Origin: Acaryochloris marina MBIC11017
Lineage (GTDB): Bacteria; Cyanobacteriota; Cyanobacteriia; Thermosynechococcales; Thermosynechococcaceae
DNA length: 32,000 nucleotides
Assembly: GCF_000018105.1 (NCBI RefSeq)
Contig: NC_009925.1
Location: forward strand, 3,360,001 to 3,392,000
Direction of reading: 5' to 3'
Below the pieces are notes generated by a model, which was not told the DNA's origin, did no database searches, and saw only the letters and a list, made by a program, of their open reading frames with translations. The position numbers and the translations under genes were made by a program. Shown here piece after piece: positions 1 to 9,782 of the stretch. The stretch's first letter is position 1. Each line of letters starts with the position of its first letter.

Positions 1-829
1 AGAGATCTAAATCTTGAGGATTCTCTTCGAAGTACTGGAGGACGACGGGAAGACTCAATTCCTCTAGAGTGAATTTGCCATCGGCAATTAAAGCTTTACC
101 GATACTGGTGTAGGGATGAGCGGTTTTTCCAGCATAACCGACAGTCATTTCTGTTCCATCTGTTAATCCGAGGCGGGCGGATCCTTGGACTTGCACGAGG
201 AATGCCTGGATGCGATCGCGTAGCCATACCAACTCCAATCCCTTTAACGGACCTTGAGAGGCTTGCAAACCATCGGCCCCCTCTAACTCGGCGCGGGTGG
301 GATGGGGCTTGGGCCATGCCTTTAAATCTGCTGGAGCCTGATATAGGGGATAGCGAAACTCGGTGGTGGGTTGGCGGCTCGCGGGATAGGTCGCCTCATA
401 ATATCCCGTAAAATCGACATTACCCTTTTGGTCATTACCGATGGATTGGTAAAACTGAAACTCCTTTTTGACTGCTGTTTCCAGCGCCTGTGGAGACTTC
501 GCCTGCACCACTAGCTGACGAAACCGACGAAGGCTACGGGAAACGCGATCGCGGGTAATCCCTGGAACTTTGTAGTCTTGATAATCCTTCTGAGCTTTGT
601 CAGTTCCTAAATACTCCAAGCTATGATCAATGGCCGTCAGTAACGCTTTATAGTCACCTTTCTGACCATTTACTTTGTTCCATAACTGTTGGTCCTTTGC
701 TAGACCCTTGGGCAGTTGATCTGTAGAGACGACCTTTAAGGGTAGAGGGTCCACCGGGGGTGTTGCCGCCGTGAGCGGCGTGGTGGCAGCGGTACACCCC
801 AAAAGCAAAGGCAGAGTCAGAAAAAACAT
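1..829 (-). CDS. mltA: Membrane-bound lytic murein transglycosylase A-like lipoprotein (N-terminal ~276 aa; C-terminus lies outside the window)
   Basis: Not in the supplied ORF track because it has no stop in the window. My translation of the reverse strand from the ATG (complement of 827-829) stays open to position 1. It reads MFFLTLPLLLGCTAATT (lipobox LLLGC) ... FTGYYEATYPASRQPTTEFRYPLYQAP ... VQVQGSARLGLTDGTEMTVGYAGKTAHPYTSIGKALIADG, which is typical of the MltA family. Confidence 0.8.
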   Translation of the reverse strand, partial: MFFLTLPLLLGCTAATTPLTAATPPVDPLPLKVVSTDQLPKGLAKDQQLWNKVNGQKGDYKALLTAIDHSLEYLGTDKAQKDYQDYKVPGITRDRVSRSLRRFRQLVVQAKSPQALETAVKKEFQFYQSIGNDQKGNVDFTGYYEATYPASRQPTTEFRYPLYQAPADLKAWPKPHPTRAELEGADGLQASQGPLKGLELVWLRDRIQAFLVQVQGSARLGLTDGTEMTVGYAGKTAHPYTSIGKALIADGKFTLEELSLPVVLQYFEENPQDLDL

Positions 830-848
830 GCAGTCAAACCATCAGAAC

Positions 849-1100
849 TTAATAACGGTCGACGCTAGATAAGAAAACAGGTTCCACACGAATGGCCGTA
901 ATACTAGATGGCCGGATCACCATATACTCCCCCTGGATATTTTTGATGGGGACGTTAATGAATTCCTTGGAGTCAGACTTGGGAACTAGCTCGTTGCTGT
1001 ACCACTGCTGAAATTCTTGAATGGTTGCAAACCGAACCTCTTCTTTGTGGCCCCCTTCGATAAACAGGTGGACCGCATATTCGTTGGCAGTTCTTGGCAT
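849..1100 (-). CDS. Small hypothetical protein (83 aa) immediately upstream of mltA on the same strand
   Basis: Clean 83-aa ORF with balanced composition (MPRTANEYAVHLFIEGGHKEEVRF...). Its stop is 19 nt before the mltA start. No motif recognised. Confidence 0.55.
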   Translation of the reverse strand: MPRTANEYAVHLFIEGGHKEEVRFATIQEFQQWYSNELVPKSDSKEFINVPIKNIQGEYMVIRPSSITAIRVEPVFLSSVDRY

Positions 1101-1729
1101 TGTTGGGTGTTGTGATGTACTCCGAGCTAATTATGGACAAAAACTAGCACAAACATAACGAATTGCAAGAACTTATTGTCCAAACCGATTCCAACAACGG
1201 GTAGAAGCTAGGGTAAACCTCCTCCTAATAGGTCGTTGCAGATGTCTGAGTGATAGACAGATATGAACTTTTCATTTTACGGGAATAGTTTTAGAGGGCG
1301 GGATGGATCTAGCTCAAGGTTGACTCAGAGTGACCGCATGATCACTCTTATCTGAAATTTGGCACTGTTCATCGGTTGATAAAGTAGGGAATACTGGGGG
1401 GTTATGGAGGTAATATCTAATAAAAATCTCATTAATTTTTAATGTATTTGTGAATTGAAACTCAATGCAAAAGTTTTCTCGTTAAAGGTTAAGTATCTGC
1501 GAACATCCATGTACTGAGATGAATATCGAAATTAGCTCTAAGTATTGATTGAGCTCAGATGAGCGGATGTTATACCATTTACGAAAATACCAATTTATTC
1601 GTTAAAATAAAAAGTGTTCCCTGTGCTGATAATGTGTGTCAATCGATGGTAAAAACTGATCTAATCCTGAGAATATTAAGGATCTCAGCAGCCAGTTTCA
1701 ACCGTTCTAATTCAGGTCAGCAAAGCAAT

Positions 1730-4540
1730 ATGGACTATAAAAAGTATGGCTGGCTGTGGAAGATCGCAATTGTGCCATCCCTTTCTGGTGGCTTTCTAGC
1801 GGCAATGCCGAATGCTATCGCAGAAGAGAATATTTTAGTTATCCATTCTTATCACCCAGAACTATCTTGGACGGATCAAGTTAAACAGGGGATTGACCAG
1901 TCTTTTCAAAAATATCGGCCAGATGCAAAAGTTTTCCATGAATATCTAGATAGCAAACGTCTGCCAGCGCTAGAACATTCTCAAAACTTTCTAGCGTTGA
2001 TTCAAAAAAAATATCAAAATATACCCCTAGATGCCTTAATGGTGTCGGATGATCCGGGTCTCAAATTAATCCTACAATCTCGAGATCAGTATTTCCCCAA
2101 AATACCGATGGTGTTTTTAGGGATTAATCATGTGCAACCCGAACTCTACAAGATTCCTGGATTGACGGGCGTATTTGAAAAACATAGCCTCGCTGAAACA
2201 GTACAGGCAGCCAAGCAGCTGACAGGTGCCGATGGCTTAATTATCATTAATGATTCCACTGAAACGGGACAAGCCAACGTCAAACGCATTGATGCTCTGA
2301 AAAAACTCCCCAATATCCCTAAGGCGATCCAAATTATTAGCGATGTTACCCCTCAAGAATTACCCCAAAGGTTATCGGCTTATCCCCCTTCCTGGCCCGT
2401 GGTGCCCCTGGGGCAACTCCGTCTCAATAAAAAAGATGGAGAGTTGATTAACTTTGAGGCCGATACGCAAATTTTAAAGTCTAAAGTGCCTAATCCCATT
2501 TTCACAGAAACGTCTATGCGCGTGGGAGCAGGAGCGATTGGTGGCAAGGTCTTGGACGGAGGAGCCCATGCAGACCAGGCCGTACAATTGGTGGATCAAA
2601 TTTTAGATGGAACCAATCCAGATAACTTAGAGCCGATCTCAGAATCAAAAAATTTATGGGTATTTGATGCGAGAGAACTAGAACGCTTTCAGATCAAGCC
2701 TCAGCGTTTACCGGCTGGCAGTACGATTCGATATCGCCAACCTTCATTTTATGAACAACATCAAAGTGTTGTCTGGATGCTGACAGGGGTTTTCTCCAGT
2801 GCTTTGGTGATTATTGCCTTGCTCATGGAGGTCTTGCGAAGAAGGGCACAGGTCGAGAAAACACTACGGGAGAATGAAAGACGCTATCGAGATCTAGCCG
2901 AAGTGGGTGCCAATATCTTTTGGGAACTGGATGAAAATCTAAATTTATCCTACGTTTCTGATCTTCAAGGCCATCAACCATCAGCCATATCCTCTCAGAT
3001 CATTGGTTCGCCGTTAACAGACGTGTTTGCCGATGAAGAGATTTTTGAATTTAATACCAAGCGTCTAGAAACGATTCTGCACTGGCGTCGTCCGATTCGC
3101 GACTTTATCTTCTTTGCCAAAGAAGACAACCAAGAGATGCGAATCTTTAAGCTCAATGGCAAGCCCATTGTGGATGATGCTCAACTGTTTCAAGGGTATC
3201 GCGGTATTCAGCGGGATATTACAGAAGAGTATTTTTTAACCAAAAAGATTGCGTATCAAGCAGCCTATGACAGTTTAACCAACCTACTGAATCGGTCTGA
3301 GTTTGATAGCCGATTACAGGAATCGGTCAATCTTGCGAAAGAAGACGACACTCAGTATGTATTGTGTTACTTGGATCTGGACCAATTCAAGTTGGTGAAC
3401 GATACCGCAGGGCACATCGTCGGTGATCAATTACTCACAGACTTGGCACACCTCCTCAAACAAAAGCTGCGACCAGATGATGTCCTGGGACGATTGGGTG
3501 GAGATGAATTTGGATTATTGATGCAAGATTGCACCTTGGAGGAAGCGCAAGCCTTCTGCGAGAAGTTGGTGACCCAAGTACAGAATTTCCGCTTTCAATG
3601 GCGAGATAGTCAATTTAGAGTAGGGGTCAGTGTGGGGATTGTCGCCTTTGCTGATGCGAGCTATTCAGCCGAGGAACTGTTAAGTCGTGCCGATTTAGCC
3701 TGTTACAAGGCCAAGGATTCAGGGCGCGGGCGAGTTTATGTTGCTAATCAAAACGATCGCGAGCTAGACCACTTCCAACTGCAAATGGCGCATATTGCGG
3801 ATATTCCCCAAGCAATTGAGGAAGAGCGCTTATTCTTGGTTAAGCAGCCTATTCAGAGTATTCGCCAACCGACCTCTTTGCATCGCCATTATGAAATTCT
3901 GCTGCGCTTGAGAGATGGCAAAAACAATATTATTGGCCCTGGATTATTTATCCCTGCTGCAGAACGCTATGGGGTGATTGCCCTGATTGATCACTGGGTG
4001 TTAGAAAACACCCTCGACCAGTATTATCAATGCGGCTTAGAGGATGAGATGGTTTCGATCAATCTTTCAGGCGCTAGCATTAATGACGATCGGGCTACCG
4101 CCAAGGTGATTGCACTCATTACCCAATCCAGTGTCCCTCCCAGTAATATTTGCATCGAAATTACAGAAACAGCCACCATTGCTCAGCTCGATCAAGCATT
4201 GCGGTTTATTGAATCCTTAAAAGACATCGGGGTGAAGTTTGCCCTGGATGATTTTGGCAGTGGCGTGTCGTCCTTAAGCTATTTGAAGAGCCTACCGGTG
4301 GACTACCTCAAGATCGATGGCAGTTTGATCAAGAATATTGCTGTCGTAGAAAGCGATCGAGAAATTATCTATCTGATTAATGAGCTTGCCCATAAGCGGG
4401 GCATGAAGACGATTGCTGAATTTGTTGAGAATGAGCAGATTTTAGAACAATTGCGCATTATTGGCGTCGACTATGCCCAAGGCTATGGCATCGGCAAGCC
4501 TGAGCCATTAATGGCCCTAAATCAAGTGATGGCTAGCTGA
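1730..4540 (+). CDS. c-di-GMP signalling protein: periplasmic ABC-substrate-binding-like sensor, TM, PAS, GGDEF (with I-site) and EAL
   Basis: The ORF opens at 1559, but ATG 1730 (MDYKKYGWLWKIAIVPSLSGGFLAAMPNAIA, signal/TM-like) is the plausible start. Motifs seen: SYHPELSWTDQ sensor motif; TM segment VVWMLTGVFSSALVIIALLM; PAS (GYRGIQRDITEE); RPDD then 5 residues then GGDEF; EAL-type motifs YEILLRL and DDFGSG. Confidence 0.9.
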   Translation: MDYKKYGWLWKIAIVPSLSGGFLAAMPNAIAEENILVIHSYHPELSWTDQVKQGIDQSFQKYRPDAKVFHEYLDSKRLPALEHSQNFLALIQKKYQNIPLDALMVSDDPGLKLILQSRDQYFPKIPMVFLGINHVQPELYKIPGLTGVFEKHSLAETVQAAKQLTGADGLIIINDSTETGQANVKRIDALKKLPNIPKAIQIISDVTPQELPQRLSAYPPSWPVVPLGQLRLNKKDGELINFEADTQILKSKVPNPIFTETSMRVGAGAIGGKVLDGGAHADQAVQLVDQILDGTNPDNLEPISESKNLWVFDARELERFQIKPQRLPAGSTIRYRQPSFYEQHQSVVWMLTGVFSSALVIIALLMEVLRRRAQVEKTLRENERRYRDLAEVGANIFWELDENLNLSYVSDLQGHQPSAISSQIIGSPLTDVFADEEIFEFNTKRLETILHWRRPIRDFIFFAKEDNQEMRIFKLNGKPIVDDAQLFQGYRGIQRDITEEYFLTKKIAYQAAYDSLTNLLNRSEFDSRLQESVNLAKEDDTQYVLCYLDLDQFKLVNDTAGHIVGDQLLTDLAHLLKQKLRPDDVLGRLGGDEFGLLMQDCTLEEAQAFCEKLVTQVQNFRFQWRDSQFRVGVSVGIVAFADASYSAEELLSRADLACYKAKDSGRGRVYVANQNDRELDHFQLQMAHIADIPQAIEEERLFLVKQPIQSIRQPTSLHRHYEILLRLRDGKNNIIGPGLFIPAAERYGVIALIDHWVLENTLDQYYQCGLEDEMVSINLSGASINDDRATAKVIALITQSSVPPSNICIEITETATIAQLDQALRFIESLKDIGVKFALDDFGSGVSSLSYLKSLPVDYLKIDGSLIKNIAVVESDREIIYLINELAHKRGMKTIAEFVENEQILEQLRIIGVDYAQGYGIGKPEPLMALNQVMAS

Positions 4541-5300
4541 CCGATTTGTTCCATAGAGTGGTCAAGCCAGAAATGGTTAAATATTTAGCCCCTCCGCTGT
4601 CACCAGCCAGAGGCGTGAAGGGTTGATCTGGATTGCCGAGATGATTAATCACGAGTAATGCCCCAGCAAAGTCTTGATTTTGGGTATAGTCGTTGACGGT
4701 AATAATGGGACGGCATCCAGAAGCACAGGCGGCCTGACAACCGACTTGGGAATCTTCAAACACTAGACAATCAGCTGGCTCTAAGGCGAGCTGGTTGAGT
4801 GCATAGTTGTAAATGTCGGGAGCAGGCTTTTTGGCTGATACCATATCTCCTGCGGCAATGGTCTCGAACCAGCTCAGGCTATCTTTGCCCAAGGTCTGTT
4901 CTAGGAGAGTGATGACATTGGGGAGGTCGCTAGTGGTTGCGATCGCAAGCCGTATCCCCTCTGCTCTCGCGTCCCGCAGCAACCGTTCAACCCCAGGCCG
5001 CAGCGGAATTGTACTCTGGCTGAGCAAGGCTTGATAGTGCTGATTTTTGGCTGCATGCAGATCGGCAATAAAGCCCTGTAAGTCTTGGGGGGGCTGCCAC
5101 TCGGCACAATATTGTTGGATGTAATGGCGAATCCGCTCTTTGCCCCCTGCCACTTTGAGAAGCTGCCCATATTGCTCCATGGACCAATGCCACCCTAAAC
5201 CCGCCTCTGTGAAGGCTTGGTTAAAGGCGACGCGGTGACCATCTCGCTCTGTGTCTGCCAAGGTGCCGTCCACATCGAAAATGAGAGCTTGGAGAGACAC
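4533..5300 (-). CDS. cbbY: HAD-superfamily phosphatase, CbbY-like
   Basis: N-terminal HAD motif I in IFDVDGTLADTERDGHRVAFNQAF. Later motifs ATTS, KKPAPDIY and FEDS. Overall resembles CbbY-type sugar-bisphosphate phosphatases. Confidence 0.75.
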   Translation of the reverse strand: MSLQALIFDVDGTLADTERDGHRVAFNQAFTEAGLGWHWSMEQYGQLLKVAGGKERIRHYIQQYCAEWQPPQDLQGFIADLHAAKNQHYQALLSQSTIPLRPGVERLLRDARAEGIRLAIATTSDLPNVITLLEQTLGKDSLSWFETIAAGDMVSAKKPAPDIYNYALNQLALEPADCLVFEDSQVGCQAACASGCRPIITVNDYTQNQDFAGALLVINHLGNPDQPFTPLAGDSGGAKYLTISGLTTLWNKSVS

Positions 5301-5391
5301 AGGTGCGATCGCAAAACATCTTCTTCAACCTATCAAATAATAGGTAGGATATCGCCGAATAAATAGGTATAAAAAGAGTGACCGCTCGGCT

Positions 5392-6072
5392 CTATTTGGG
5401 CTCCATATAGATTTGCGTGACATAGTAAGTTTGACCCTTACGCCAAATTCCTACGCCCGTCTCCTGCATTTCCGGTAGCAAAATATTTTTACGATGGCCG
5501 GGACTTCTCATCCAGCTTTCGACAGATAAACCGACAGGATCTGAAGATCGAATACATTTCATCAGATTTTCACCAATGAGATATGCCCGCAATCCTAACG
5601 CCTCGACTCGACGGCGATGGTTGCGACCCTGGGGATCAATATGGCTGTAAAAGTTATATTGAGCCATTTGCTGGCTATGGGAACGGGCCACTAAGGACAA
5701 TCTGGGATTGAGTTGTAAGGCCGGTAAACCCTGACGTTGACGTTTTTGATTGATCCGCTGTAAAACCTCAGTCTCCATCTGAGCGATGGTGCTAGATTGA
5801 GCAGGTAGAGTTGAGGCACTAGTGCCTAAAGATGGAGTATGTAGGGTTTGGGATAAGCTGGGTGCTGCGACTAAGCTGAGGCCCAGAGCTAATGGTAGAG
5901 CCCAAGCCCACCTCCTATGGATAGCCGAACGGGGAGCCTGAAGCTCCTGACGGATGTGCATGAATTGATTCCCCCCGGAATAGACAAAAACAGGCAACGA
6001 TCGGGCTAGTTTCATGAGTATGACAAGTCCATGTTTGCGATCGCGTCTTTGTAAGCCAGACTTTTGGTCCAA
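5392..6072 (-). CDS. Secreted CAP/SCP (PR-1-like, YkwD-type) domain protein
   Basis: Signal-like segment RRWAWALPLALGLSLVAAPSLSQ followed by CAP-domain motifs (INQKRQRQGLPALQLNPRLSLVARSHSQQMAQYNFYSHIDPQG ... SPGHRKNIL). The true start may be an internal ATG (about 5961 or 6015). Confidence 0.75.
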   Translation of the reverse strand: MDQKSGLQRRDRKHGLVILMKLARSLPVFVYSGGNQFMHIRQELQAPRSAIHRRWAWALPLALGLSLVAAPSLSQTLHTPSLGTSASTLPAQSSTIAQMETEVLQRINQKRQRQGLPALQLNPRLSLVARSHSQQMAQYNFYSHIDPQGRNHRRRVEALGLRAYLIGENLMKCIRSSDPVGLSVESWMRSPGHRKNILLPEMQETGVGIWRKGQTYYVTQIYMEPK

Positions 6073-6217
6073 CTTGCGTATAACTTTGACACTAATAAGT
6101 GAAGAACTCGGTAATTCTGACTAGAAAAACCGATAGATGACCATAGGGAATAACCGACTGATTTTAGAAGTGATCAGTCTACAATTGCGATACTCAGAAA
6201 TTAGTTGATAAGAGCCT

Positions 6218-6250
6218 GTCTTACCCTTAGGGTAGACATTTTGGTTTTCT
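6218..6250 (+). terminator. Orphan Rho-independent-terminator-like hairpin with no upstream + strand CDS
   Basis: GTCTTACCC-TTA-GGGTAGAC (8 bp plus one bulge) followed by ATTTTGGTTTTCT. The reverse strand has no T-tail. Confidence 0.35.
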
Positions 6251-6638
6251 ATTCGAACATATAAAAATAATTTAATTTGCAGGACTAAAATAAATCAACT
6301 GACAACGGCTGAGGGGTATCCATCTCAACCTTAGTTATCAGGATAAAAATTTAAAATTGTATAAGAGATAACACTATTGGTTTGATGCTTTTCAAGTTTT
6401 TGAAATAACAAATTAGTTCCCTATTTATTGCTAAAAATAACCATAATGTGTGAGGTGTGGCTCTCTGAAGGCTTAAGACCGTAAGTGATCTCGTAAATAC
6501 TGCAGATCTAGGCTGTATATCGACGAAGTGATTGATGTAGTCTATATTTGCGTCGCGCTAAGATTAAGTGAGTTAACTGCCAATCGCTGTGGGACACTCT
6601 ATAGAAGTCACAGCTAGCATTACATAGGAGATGCCTTC

Positions 6639-6929
6639 ATGCTGGAGCGTGCAGAAGTCGATAAAGTTGCCCATCTGGCCCGCCTATCCCTCACGGATGC
6701 TGAATCAGAACAGTTCACTACTCAGTTGGGGGATATACTCGACTATTTTGAGCAATTGAGCGAGCTAGATGTGGCGGAGGTAGAGCCAACCACCCGAGCC
6801 ATTGACGTTAGCAATGTCACCCGTGTTGATCATCTGACTCCCTATGATGATCGAGAGTCTATTCTGGCCTGTGCTCCAGACCAAGAAGATGAGTATTTCA
6901 AAGTGCCCAAAATCATGGGTGAAAGTTGA
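6639..6929 (+). CDS. gatC: Asp-tRNA(Asn)/Glu-tRNA(Gln) amidotransferase subunit C
   Basis: 96 aa. VDKVAHLARLSLTDAESEQFTTQLGDILDYFEQLSELDV is the classic GatC pattern. An AGGAG Shine-Dalgarno sits upstream of the ATG. Confidence 0.9.
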   Translation: MLERAEVDKVAHLARLSLTDAESEQFTTQLGDILDYFEQLSELDVAEVEPTTRAIDVSNVTRVDHLTPYDDRESILACAPDQEDEYFKVPKIMGES

Positions 6930-7122
6930 TTGGCCAGCGGGTTGACTTCCGAATCGTTGCCCTTTCTCACAAAAATATTTGAATTCCTGGATTAGAGATC
7001 TGTACCATAGGTAAGGACATACTTCTCCTAGACTGCCTCTAGTGAGTGATGTCGGTTACAAATCAGCAGGCTCCACCATTTTTGGGTTGTAGTCGTTTTC
7101 TCAGAAGGAACCGTTACGCAAT

Positions 7123-8307
7123 ATGCCAACCATTGAAACCCGCACCGAACCCATGGTCATTAACATGGGCCCTCAGCACCCTTCCATGCACGGGGTTCTG
7201 AGACTTATGGTGACCCTAGATGGTGAGAATGTCGTCGATTGCGAACCGGTGATTGGCTATTTGCACCGCGGCATGGAAAAAATTGCCGAGAGTCGCTCCA
7301 ACATCATGTTCGTTCCCTATGTCAGCCGCTGGGATTATGCGGCAGGCATGTTTAACGAAGCCATCACGGTCAATGCGCCCGAACGCTTAGCCGATATCAA
7401 GGTGCCCAAACGTGCCAGCTACATCCGCGTGATTATGCTGGAATTGAATCGGATTGCCAATCACCTGCTTTGGCTGGGTCCCTTCCTCGCAGACGTGGGA
7501 GCCCAAACCCCCTTCTTTTACATTTTCCGGGAACGGGAAATGATTTACGACTTGTTTGAAGCCGTAAGTGGCATGCGCTTCATCAATAACAACTACTTCC
7601 GTATGGGCGGCGTTGCGGCTGACCTCACCTATGGTTGGGTCTCCAAATGCCTAGACTTTTGTGATTACTTTCTGCCCAAAGTTGATGAGTATGAGCGTCT
7701 GATTACGAACAACCCCATTTTTATCCGACGTCTCGATGGTGTGGGTACCATTAGCCGCGAAGATGCGATTAATTGGGGTTTGTCTGGCCCGATGCTGCGA
7801 GGATCAGGTGTTAAGTGGGATCTTCGTCGGGTTGATCATTACGAATGCTATGACGACTTTGATTGGGAAGTCCAGTGGGAAACCAAAGGAGATTGTCTAG
7901 CCCGCTATTATCTGCGGATTCGCGAAATGCGAGAATCCGTCAAAATTATTAAGCAAGCCCTAGAGCATCTACCCGGCGGCCCCTACGAAAACTTGGAAGC
8001 CAAGCGGATGATGGAAGGCCGCAAATCAGAGTGGAACTCTTTTGAATATCAGTTCTTGGGTAAGAAGCTTGCCCCCACCTTCAAAATTCCAGAGGGTGAA
8101 CTCTATGCCAGAGTCGAAACGGGTAAAGGTGAACTTGGCATTTATCTGATTGGTGATGAGAATGTCTTCCCTTGGCGATGGAAGATTCGCGCCCCTGATT
8201 TCAACAATTTGCAGGTCTTGCCCCAGTTGCTCAAAGGCATGAAGGTTGCTGATATTGTGGCGATTCTGGGTAGTATTGACGTGATTATGGGATCCGTCGA
8301 TCGCTAA
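7123..8307 (+). CDS. ndhH: NAD(P)H-quinone oxidoreductase (NDH-1) subunit H
   Basis: 394 aa. Starts [28 protein letters not shown] and ends DVIMGSVDR, characteristic of NdhH/NuoD. Confidence 0.97.
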   Translation: MPTIETRTEPMVINMGPQHPSMHGVLRLMVTLDGENVVDCEPVIGYLHRGMEKIAESRSNIMFVPYVSRWDYAAGMFNEAITVNAPERLADIKVPKRASYIRVIMLELNRIANHLLWLGPFLADVGAQTPFFYIFREREMIYDLFEAVSGMRFINNNYFRMGGVAADLTYGWVSKCLDFCDYFLPKVDEYERLITNNPIFIRRLDGVGTISREDAINWGLSGPMLRGSGVKWDLRRVDHYECYDDFDWEVQWETKGDCLARYYLRIREMRESVKIIKQALEHLPGGPYENLEAKRMMEGRKSEWNSFEYQFLGKKLAPTFKIPEGELYARVETGKGELGIYLIGDENVFPWRWKIRAPDFNNLQVLPQLLKGMKVADIVAILGSIDVIMGSVDR

Positions 8308-8364
8308 GGACGGCTGCTTAACTTTCCATCGCAAGAGGCTTCTGGCTGAGTGGAGGGTGATCCG

Positions 8365-9033
8365 ATGTCTAATGCATCTAAACTGATTCAAGAGATGCAG
8401 ACGTATTATCACCATCGTGCTGCTGAGTATGATGTCTCTATGGGCTATGACCAGCCTGAAGTGGTGGCTCAATTAGCCGATGTCATTGAGCGCCTCAGGC
8501 AGTTGGTGGCGGGCAAACGAGTGCTAGAGATAGCCTGTGGCCCTGGTTTCTGGACGGAACAGATTTATGATTGTACCCACTCTGTTTTAGCCACGGATTA
8601 CAACCCAAGTACTTTGGATCAGGCGGCCCTTAAGCAACTTCCCCCTGACAAAGTTCAGTATCAGCAGGCTGATGCTTATCAACTCGCCAATCTCCCTTGT
8701 GATTTTGAGGCTGTCCTCGCGGTAGATTGGTTGGCTCATGTGCCGATGTCAAGAATGCGAGATTTTTTGTGTGGCTTGCATCAGCATGTGCATGGCCAAG
8801 TGGTGTTTTGCGATCAGCTTCCGGGTACTCAATCTTGGACAGGCCAGTACGATGCTGAAGGCAATCATTTACAATCACGGTATTTGAAGGATGATGCCAC
8901 CTATACCGTCATCAAGCATTTCTTCTCGGATGCAGACATCTCAGCTATATTTTCTGAATTCCAGGTGAATGTTGCGATAGATCGTTATCCTGATGCTCGG
9001 AGAATGGTGTTGTCGTATGCGTTAACCCACTAG
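8365..9033 (+). CDS. Class I SAM-dependent methyltransferase
   Basis: SAM-binding motif I in VLEIACGPGFWT. ATG 8365 is preceded by GGAGG (8353-8357). The ORF-track start at 8350 is a GTG lying within that Shine-Dalgarno. Confidence 0.8.
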   Translation: MSNASKLIQEMQTYYHHRAAEYDVSMGYDQPEVVAQLADVIERLRQLVAGKRVLEIACGPGFWTEQIYDCTHSVLATDYNPSTLDQAALKQLPPDKVQYQQADAYQLANLPCDFEAVLAVDWLAHVPMSRMRDFLCGLHQHVHGQVVFCDQLPGTQSWTGQYDAEGNHLQSRYLKDDATYTVIKHFFSDADISAIFSEFQVNVAIDRYPDARRMVLSYALTH

Positions 9034-9782
9034 GCCATTCAACGCGTACTGAGCAAGATAGTATTGCAGCTAGGATAAGCAATCACAGGGATAGAGCATC
9101 TCATCAGGAAGACCTGAGGTAGTGGCACAGGTATGGCCTGTGACTGTCTAGATCCCTTGCGATCGCATCACTGGGCTGATCTTTTAGAACGGAATATCCA
9201 TGTGCGATCGCAAGTGGTTCCAGTATTTATATACCCAGGGCTATGGTTCTGGCGGGTGATGGGAATGTCATGCACTCATGATATTGATTTCGAGTCCTAT
9301 ACGGACATAATAAGACGCTAAATTTATTTCTACTGCAATAGAAAAACGAGACTTGAATTTATCCCATTAGAGGAAGCCTATTAAAGTAGATGGGTTGAGC
9401 CAATTTAATCAATTATCCAAATAAGTTTGAATATAAAAAGCGATTTTTATCAAGTTGATTAAATGATTTTATTTGTATTAATTGATACAAATAAACAGTG
9501 ATTATAACTACAAATTATTTCAGCCCCTTGTCTTACTATATTAAAAATATAATTTCCATCTATCTGTTGATTCTATTTTGCTCCAGATATTGGTCTGTAT
9601 GGATTATTTATAATCACATCTTAAATCAGGTTTAACCCATGTGTAAATTAGGCTTGAGCTAATTCCTTTGTTCTTTCTCTATTCAGGATAGCAATGGTTT
9701 TGTGTCCAGAATTTCAATGAGCATTGAAAAGAATAATCTTGCTTAAACAGCCAGTAAATACAATTTTCTCGTTGTAAGTGCT

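Noticed and set aside
96-411. ORF-track entries 96..317 (-) and 202..411 (+)
   Set aside because: Both lie inside the long open mltA frame (1-829, minus strand), which has a recognisable family signature. They are alternative-frame or antisense shadows with Arg/Pro-rich junk composition.
1559-1729. 57-aa N-terminal extension of the GGDEF-EAL ORF
   Set aside because: The region is very AT-rich and the peptide (MSGCYTIYENTNLFVKIKSV...) precedes a much more plausible signal/TM-like start at ATG 1730. It is probably leader RNA.
4813-5193. Three ORFs (4813..5034 +, 4901..5170 -, 4987..5193 -) overlapping the CbbY-like gene
   Set aside because: They are nested within a gene with clear HAD motifs. 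They are alternative-frame or antisense ORFs with low-complexity Ala/Arg/Ser/Pro composition.
8026-8472. 148-aa minus-strand ORF across the ndhH 3' end
   Set aside because: It is antisense to the highly conserved ndhH and runs into the methyltransferase start. No motifs, so I treat it as a shadow ORF.
9133-9321. 62-aa + strand ORF downstream of the methyltransferase
   Set aside because: No Shine-Dalgarno and an odd Cys/Trp/His-rich sequence. It contains two HIP1 palindromes and has no recognisable domain. Could still be a small protein, but it is unsupported.
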